Part shown: positions 59,034 to 64,000 of the stretch, one piece after another | Layout of the letters: each line of letters starts with the position of its first letter | Numbering within the stretch: position 1 is the first letter of the stretch | From: Gammaproteobacteria bacterium | Lineage (GTDB): Bacteria; Pseudomonadota; Gammaproteobacteria; SZUA-152 | Reading direction: 5' to 3' | Assembly (NCBI GenBank): GCA_050116575.1 | Contig: JASFOJ010000007.1 | Location: 18 to 64,017, forward strand | DNA: 64,000 nt | Notes under the pieces: model-generated | Databases searched by the model: none | The model's input: the letters and a program-made list of their open reading frames with translations, nothing else | What the model was told of the DNA's origin: nothing | Translations under genes and position numbers: made by a program

Positions 59034-61781
59034 ATGGAAATGAGCCTGACAAGCATTATCGTGTACGCCATCGGCATCGTGCTGGTTTTACTGGCCGGCT
59101 TAGCGGGCAGCGCTGTTAACCAGCTTATGGGCATCCGGGTACAACGTCCCCGCATACGTCCCGACAACCAACCCGAACCTGCCGGTAGTTTGCAGGAACT
59201 TTATCAGGGCGCCATTAAACAACTTTCCGAGTTAGGTTTTGAAACACACCACTGGCAGCAAACCCGTGATATCGTCGCTCACGAATACGCGGATAAAACC
59301 GCGCTGGTGATGATTCATCGTCAGACTCGTGTGTTCGCTGAAATTTCCCCGGCCTCAACTTTTCTGGATCTTCCCGGCTACGAGGTGGATTTCTGGAGCA
59401 TTGCCAAAGATGGTAGCGCATTGATCACCGTGAACGGCCGGGCTCATTCGCTTTTATGTGAAATACCCGGTGCGACAACATACGATCCCATGGTGTCAAC
59501 ACTGCCCGAACAATTTAAAGCGCATCTTGCCGAGTACGCGGAGAAATTTGCGAACAAACCCGCTGTGATCATCAGCGCTTCCAGTTATATCAAGTTGCAG
59601 CAAAAACTGCTGGATGCCTATTTCCTAAAATTAATGAAAGAAGGCAGCATCGTTTCCACCGGCAACAATGAATTCCGGCTTTCCTTGCGTAAAACGGTCA
59701 ATATCCTGCCCCGTTTTATTAAAGGGGACCTTAAAGCACAAAAGCTGCTGCGTAATAGACTGGCACAACAGGAAAAACGCCGTCGAAAAGCGGTCAATAG
59801 CAGCCAAGCCATCCCCGCTGCATCTGCTGATACCTATAGTATCAATTCGGAAGTTCAGGCCTATCTGCGCCTGAGTTCCGCACGGGAACGCAATCCCGCC
59901 GGGCTGGCCAGCAAACTCATCATGTTTGTGGTTACCCTCGGACTATCCTATTTTGCGTTTGGGCTGGTGTTTTCCTTTACATCGGTATTAATCCTGTTAG
60001 GCGTTATCCTGTTTCATGAACTTGGTCATGTTGCCGCCATGTACGCCTTTAAGTACCGTGATTTGCAGATTCTGTTTATCCCGCTGCTGGGCGCCGCGGC
60101 AACCGGCAAAAAAGACAAAGTCGCGGTTTGGAAGCAGGTAATTGTCTATCTGATGGGCCCACTGCCGGGTATTGTTACTGGCATTGGCTTAATCGTATTA
60201 TACCAGCAAATACAATGGCAGTGGTTGTATGAAACCGCCATCATCATGTTAATTATCAACTACCTTAATTTATTGCCATTCGTACCCCTGGATGGCGGAC
60301 ATATCGTGCGCCTTACTATTATGGAGCGTTTTCCCACCGGTAAGTTGCTCTTTATTGGATTAAGTGGTGTCGCCTTTGCGGCCGGTGGATGGTTTCTGGG
60401 AGAACCAATTTTCTGGGTATTGGCAATCGTCATGTTGGTCAGCTTACCCTGGAGCGCCATGGAGGCCGGTGTCCTCAATGAACTTTATCAGCAGTCACAT
60501 TTCTTTGACGACCTGGACAAACAGGGCAAGCTCACCAAATTGTTTGAAGTGCTAAGGCAACCACGGTTCCAAAAACTACATTTCGCGCAAAAATATGACC
60601 TGGCAAAATCGTTAAGCGAAGTACTGCTGCAACCCAGACACCTTGGCCGGTTGGGCACACTGGGGCTGGCTGGAATGTACATCAGCGCCCTGCTGCTGGC
60701 ACCCCCGGCCGTGATGATTACCACTGTCGGCCTGGAAAACACCTACAACGTGATTGCTTTAATGAGCGGTAACAATCCCGTAAAAGACTGGGACGTGGAA
60801 ATCGCAGAAGCGGACTCTCCCGAGGGACGCTTTGATAAGATGCTGGACGCGTCGCAATTTTATACTGCCACCAATAACCTGCCCAAAGCTCTGGACTATA
60901 TCAACCAGGCAGAAACAACCTTTTCTGTTATCAATACCGATTCCGGTCTATCGAGACTTTATCAGGCTTATTCGACATACTATCAGTTCAAACAAGACTA
61001 TCCACGTGCCGAATCGTATCAGCAAAAAATTATCAAACTCCATCGACAGGCTCCCCATCGCTATACCCTTGAACTGGCGAACGACTACCAAACCCTGGCA
61101 ACATTATTTCTGCAACAAGATAAACGCGAAGGCCTGGAGTCGGTGCTGAATAGCGGGTTGTCCTACGCACTCCAAATCGACAAACCGGAAAAACGCTATA
61201 TTATTTCCATCATCACCGGCGAATTGCTGGACCTGTACTACGATAAGCAGCGTATCGATGACGCACAGACCATGTTGGACGATACAGTCGCTAAGCTGGA
61301 ACAACATCACGATCCACTGGATAAATATGTAACTAACTACCTGTACCAGGAGTTGGGATGGTTGTCCGCCAAGCAGAATGACATAGAATCGGCGATGAAA
61401 TATTTTGTCAAGGCGCTATCGCTAATGACCGGTAAAGCCGATCCCCTGAATGACCTTTCCATCAACAAACATCTTGCCACCGGCTCCGAAGCTGATCCTA
61501 TGGGCGTTGCCAATGTCATGTTGGCAATGGCAGCGGTTCAGTACCAAAAAGGAAACATGAGCATTTCGCAGGAATATTTGCAGGAAGCGGAATACCTGGT
61601 GAAAAACAACTATTTTGAGTCTCTCGGTCAATATATCGGCACCTACACTCAAGGCACCGGGGACTTACAATCTGATCAACCCGAAAAAATCAATACCCGT
61701 CAGTCCAAGCGCTGGACACTGATTAACGATGTCCACCGCTATTTTTCACCGAAAAAAACCGCCTCGGCACAAAATAACTAA
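59034..61781 (+). CDS. large membrane site-2-protease (M50) family protein with C-terminal TPR-like domain, paralog 2
   Basis: 915 aa. Contains HELGH and NYLNLLPFVPLDGG. It shares long identical strings with paralog 1 (RVFAEISPAST, WKQVIVYLMGP, MERFP, FAAGG, LGEP). Confidence 0.8.
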   Translation: MEMSLTSIIVYAIGIVLVLLAGLAGSAVNQLMGIRVQRPRIRPDNQPEPAGSLQELYQGAIKQLSELGFETHHWQQTRDIVAHEYADKTALVMIHRQTRVFAEISPASTFLDLPGYEVDFWSIAKDGSALITVNGRAHSLLCEIPGATTYDPMVSTLPEQFKAHLAEYAEKFANKPAVIISASSYIKLQQKLLDAYFLKLMKEGSIVSTGNNEFRLSLRKTVNILPRFIKGDLKAQKLLRNRLAQQEKRRRKAVNSSQAIPAASADTYSINSEVQAYLRLSSARERNPAGLASKLIMFVVTLGLSYFAFGLVFSFTSVLILLGVILFHELGHVAAMYAFKYRDLQILFIPLLGAAATGKKDKVAVWKQVIVYLMGPLPGIVTGIGLIVLYQQIQWQWLYETAIIMLIINYLNLLPFVPLDGGHIVRLTIMERFPTGKLLFIGLSGVAFAAGGWFLGEPIFWVLAIVMLVSLPWSAMEAGVLNELYQQSHFFDDLDKQGKLTKLFEVLRQPRFQKLHFAQKYDLAKSLSEVLLQPRHLGRLGTLGLAGMYISALLLAPPAVMITTVGLENTYNVIALMSGNNPVKDWDVEIAEADSPEGRFDKMLDASQFYTATNNLPKALDYINQAETTFSVINTDSGLSRLYQAYSTYYQFKQDYPRAESYQQKIIKLHRQAPHRYTLELANDYQTLATLFLQQDKREGLESVLNSGLSYALQIDKPEKRYIISIITGELLDLYYDKQRIDDAQTMLDDTVAKLEQHHDPLDKYVTNYLYQELGWLSAKQNDIESAMKYFVKALSLMTGKADPLNDLSINKHLATGSEADPMGVANVMLAMAAVQYQKGNMSISQEYLQEAEYLVKNNYFESLGQYIGTYTQGTGDLQSDQPEKINTRQSKRWTLINDVHRYFSPKKTASAQNN

Positions 61782-61782
61782 A

Positions 61783-62028
61783 CCCCGTTATTGCAAAAAT
61801 TTGTCTGTTGATCTTCGAGTTGCCCCGATATAACAGCCCCCTTTAATGCACAAATGGAATCGATGATTCAATAACGATGTTCAATATGCTTATTTTAGCC
61901 ACTAGTCCCTGGCATGTTTGAGGACTGCACCGAGAGCGAAACCCTTAATCATATGGCAGTGAACTCATAGAGTTTCAATTATGCAGGGTAAACCGAGCCT
62001 TTAGGGGGTGTTTTATGCAATAAAGGGG
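61783..62028. repeat. possible ~245-bp MITE-like element bounded by imperfect terminal inverted repeats
   Basis: The left end is CCCCGTTATTGCAAAAAT. The reverse complement of the right end is CCCCTTTATTGCATAAAA (15/18 identical). No coding potential was seen inside. Confidence 0.3.
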
Positions 62029-62146
62029 AACGCCTTTCTATGCTTATATAGATGCAGGTCTGGATTTTGAAGCAGGTGAAATCCTGATTTGGCTCCCAAA
62101 TATGCTGAATTGAACACAGTGAGCGGACCTAGTACTGGTTTACCGG

Positions 62147-62169
62147 CCCTTGTTATTGCAATAACAGGG
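62147..62169. promoter_or_regulatory. near-perfect palindrome built from two copies of the dispersed motif
   Basis: CCCTTGTTATTG|CAATAACAGGG, with 11-bp arms and one extra T, in a non-coding gap. The half-site matches CCCCGTTATTGCA seen elsewhere. Confidence 0.4.
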
Positions 62170-62315
62170 TGAACAGCCCACCCGCACGGATATCGCCTAC
62201 CAGCAAATATCATTTCTGCTTTCAAGATCGCATGTTCGCAACCCAGGTGCGTCACACATTCAGATCTGACGCAATATTCAGGGATCAATCCCGAGAACAG
62301 GCTGCAATACGACGT

Positions 62316-62717
62316 CTAAAACGGTTTAACCTGCGTCCTTATCTTCTCGATTCGGCCAGTATTGTCGATATCGATGCTAATAGCATCCACGTAGTAACTT
62401 TCGAAGTTTGGAACAGTTATTTTAATTTTTAATTTAAAGTGGACATCGATCGATACACGATCACCCTTAAAATGGTATACATAAGCAACATAACGTTTTT
62501 CGAGCTCGTCGGGCTTCAGCACGTGCCCGAAAATGTCAATTTCACCTTTATCAATATGCTGCATCAACATGTCGATCACTAAATTAGAGTGCAGTTTTTG
62601 TTGATCGAGAAAATCATGGGATTCCTCGCCACCAAACGCAACTCCTGCAATCAACGCCGTTATCAACATCACCGGAACATAAGTAATATTTTTAAAGGCA
62701 ATACCGTGCCATTTCAT
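62316..62717 (-). CDS. hypothetical exported/anchored protein
   Basis: 133 aa with an N-terminal hydrophobic segment (VPVMLITALIAGVAFG). No family was recognised. Confidence 0.45.
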   Translation of the reverse strand: MKWHGIAFKNITYVPVMLITALIAGVAFGGEESHDFLDQQKLHSNLVIDMLMQHIDKGEIDIFGHVLKPDELEKRYVAYVYHFKGDRVSIDVHFKLKIKITVPNFESYYVDAISIDIDNTGRIEKIRTQVKPF

Positions 62718-62832
62718 TTTTTAATTATAAAAAAACCCGCGGAAGCTTTTACAGATATTTGAAAGCGTATTGACAAACATCAACAGTGTGGCGATAAAAA
62801 GTTCTTGTCGCTCGCCGCGCCAATAGGCACAT

Positions 62833-63516
62833 TTAAGATAATTCGTCAGGCGGCTCCGTTAACGCTTCGTCGGCAATCTCCCGCACTTGCGGATTGGTGT
62901 CCCGGGCAAGCCGCTGCAAATAAGGGATTGCCGTCTCATCGCCGGTCAAGGCGAGAAAATGCGCGATATCGGCACGCACCTGGGGATTCTCGTGGCCTAC
63001 GAGTTCACCAAGTTGTTCCACCGTGGCACCTAAAATATCACTGCCCTGCAATTCTTCGAACACCGCGCTCACGCCGAGGCGCACTTTCATATCCTGTTCC
63101 GCGTCAAGAATCAACGGCAATAAATCGCCAATAGATTGTGAATGGTCGCGAATTAAATCGATAACCTGGTTCAATTCACCATTTTCCAGCAAATATTTCA
63201 AATAGCGCGTGTCGCCTTTCCGGCTGTTGACGAGACTTATCCACTGCCGTAGTTCTTTTTCCGTCATACTCCCCTGAAATTGAAAATCCCCCAGCTTGAG
63301 CCATGGAACCGATTTCACGTTATAGCGATTGGCCAGTTCCGGTTGTTTGGTCACATCAACGACGTTCAACGTTTCCAGTACGCCGTCTTTTAACAGACTA
63401 TCCAGGATTTTCTTCAATGCCGCACAATGAGTACAGCCGGGGGTTGTCAACAGCAGTGCGGTTACCCCGTTTGTTGTTGAAGTGTCCCTGGATGGTGATT
63501 GGTCTTTCGTTGCCAT
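62833..63516 (-). CDS. thioredoxin-fold (CxxC) protein fused to HEAT-like repeats
   Basis: 227 aa. LLLTTPGCTHCAALKK (CTHC) is followed by VPWLKLG, a thioredoxin-like cis-Pro region. The C-terminal HENPQVRADIAHFLALTGDETAIPYLQRLARDTNPQVREIA forms HEAT/PBS-lyase-type repeats. Confidence 0.62.
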   Translation of the reverse strand: MATKDQSPSRDTSTTNGVTALLLTTPGCTHCAALKKILDSLLKDGVLETLNVVDVTKQPELANRYNVKSVPWLKLGDFQFQGSMTEKELRQWISLVNSRKGDTRYLKYLLENGELNQVIDLIRDHSQSIGDLLPLILDAEQDMKVRLGVSAVFEELQGSDILGATVEQLGELVGHENPQVRADIAHFLALTGDETAIPYLQRLARDTNPQVREIADEALTEPPDELS

Positions 63517-63668
63517 AAGTACTCACAATCGTGAAAATTGGACGTTCGTCGTTACTCTCATACACTAACCGCAACCATAGCGGCGCCAGCAATATTTGTC
63601 TATAAATACATGACATTTATGGATACTTCCACGCCGTCAAACGGGCGCAACTGCGCTGCAATACCGGA

Positions 63669-64000
63669 TCAAAAATAATAGCGTACCTTGAGTTCGAATT
63701 TACGGTCGTTTTGTTTTTCGCCGAACTCGCTATAACGTTCGCCCATGAGAAAATTGGCCTTGGCACGCACCTCCAGGTTGGTTATTCCGGTATAAACAAC
63801 TTCCGGTGCCACATTATAACTCTGGTCCTGCAGGTTAACGATTGCCGTAACCGCGGGTGTCCAATAAAGCCAGTCAAAGGGTTCTTTTTGCATCACCCGC
63901 AGGTAAAGATATCGGCGCATCACGGTTTGTTTAATGTAACCGGCCTGTGCGACGGCACGGGCTTTGGCAAGCGCGGCGGCAGGATCCGGTTCGTCCGGTA
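63669..64000 (-). CDS. C-terminal part of a probable outer-membrane beta-barrel protein (5' end outside the window)
   Basis: The frame stays open to the window edge. It shows alternating-hydrophobicity strands and a terminal ...ELKVRYYF (C-terminal Phe), typical of OMP barrels. Confidence 0.45.
   Translation of the reverse strand, partial: PDEPDPAAALAKARAVAQAGYIKQTVMRRYLYLRVMQKEPFDWLYWTPAVTAIVNLQDQSYNVAPEVVYTGITNLEVRAKANFLMGERYSEFGEKQNDRKFELKVRYYF

Noticed and set aside
62147-62169. The palindrome CCCTTGTTATTGCAATAACAGGG considered as a LexA SOS box
   Set aside because: The left arm reads CTTGT rather than CTGT. The spacing would be CTGT-N10-ACAG rather than N8, so it does not fit the gammaproteobacterial LexA consensus.
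62013-62288. 91-aa minus-strand ORF (and 62169-62432 on the plus strand) in the gap after M50-TPR paralog 2. I also considered a group II intron remnant, a retron ncRNA or tmRNA here
   Set aside because: - The ORFs have no Shine-Dalgarno and odd composition, and they overlap repeats.
- I found no GUGYG...domain V pattern and no RT gene.
- I found no tmRNA tag or tRNA-like end.

The region is kept only as an unexplained non-coding region.
49432-63516. The whole 49-63.5 kb block considered as a mobile genomic or defence island (PIN-PhoH, CPBP/Abi-family protease, proteases)
   Set aside because: - There is no integrase, transposase, flanking tRNA or direct repeats.
- G+C is not uniformly low: a 60-nt sample inside the PhoH gene was ~63% G+C.
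- No canonical defence genes are present.

Only the 54.3-62.3 kb part is clearly A+T-richer, and it is reported separately.

Overview
This is a chromosomal segment from a gammaproteobacterium, roughly 50% G+C by eye. The core gene order resembles Pseudomonas: cmk-aroA-tyrA-hisC-pheA-(serA)-serC-gyrA, then mtnA, mtaD-ubiG. I support about 50 protein genes. I recognised no rRNA, tRNA, CRISPR array, IS transposase, integrase or phage gene.

- **1-31.5 kb (housekeeping):** aromatic amino acid and serine biosynthesis, gyrA, methylthio-nucleoside salvage, ubiG, rmuC, the squalene genes hpnC-hpnD-hpnE with a tightly linked SDR, a GAF-GGDEF cyclase, rluB, scpA/scpB, trpS, a small M50 protease, and an E. 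coli-like yci set (trpH/yciV, yciO, yciB, yciI, ppiC).
- **31.5-49 kb (mostly signalling):** a NasT-like ANTAR regulator, a soluble NarX/PilJ-like sensor fused to a minimal MCP tip, rhlB, an MBL hydrolase, a KefB/C antiporter, selO, an HD-GYP protein, two orphan histidine kinases and a hemolysin-III protein.
- **49-64 kb (poorly characterised envelope genes, visibly more A+T-rich from about 54 kb):** a hydrolase-TlpA fusion, PIN-PhoH, a CPBP protease, a secreted CxxCH protein, two tandem paralogous ~900-aa M50(S2P)-TPR membrane proteases, a thioredoxin-HEAT protein and a partial outer-membrane barrel.

The best candidates for something undescribed are:
- the divergent cytochrome-like gene plus the duplicated M50-TPR protease cluster (54.3-61.8 kb);
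- the NasT-like regulator and soluble NarX-like/MCP-tip protein neighbourhood (32.2-35.2 kb);
- a ~270-bp composite REP-like element present twice;
- a dispersed intergenic motif, CCCCGTTATTGCA.

All family calls come from reading motifs in the supplied translations. No database search was possible, and start codons are approximate.
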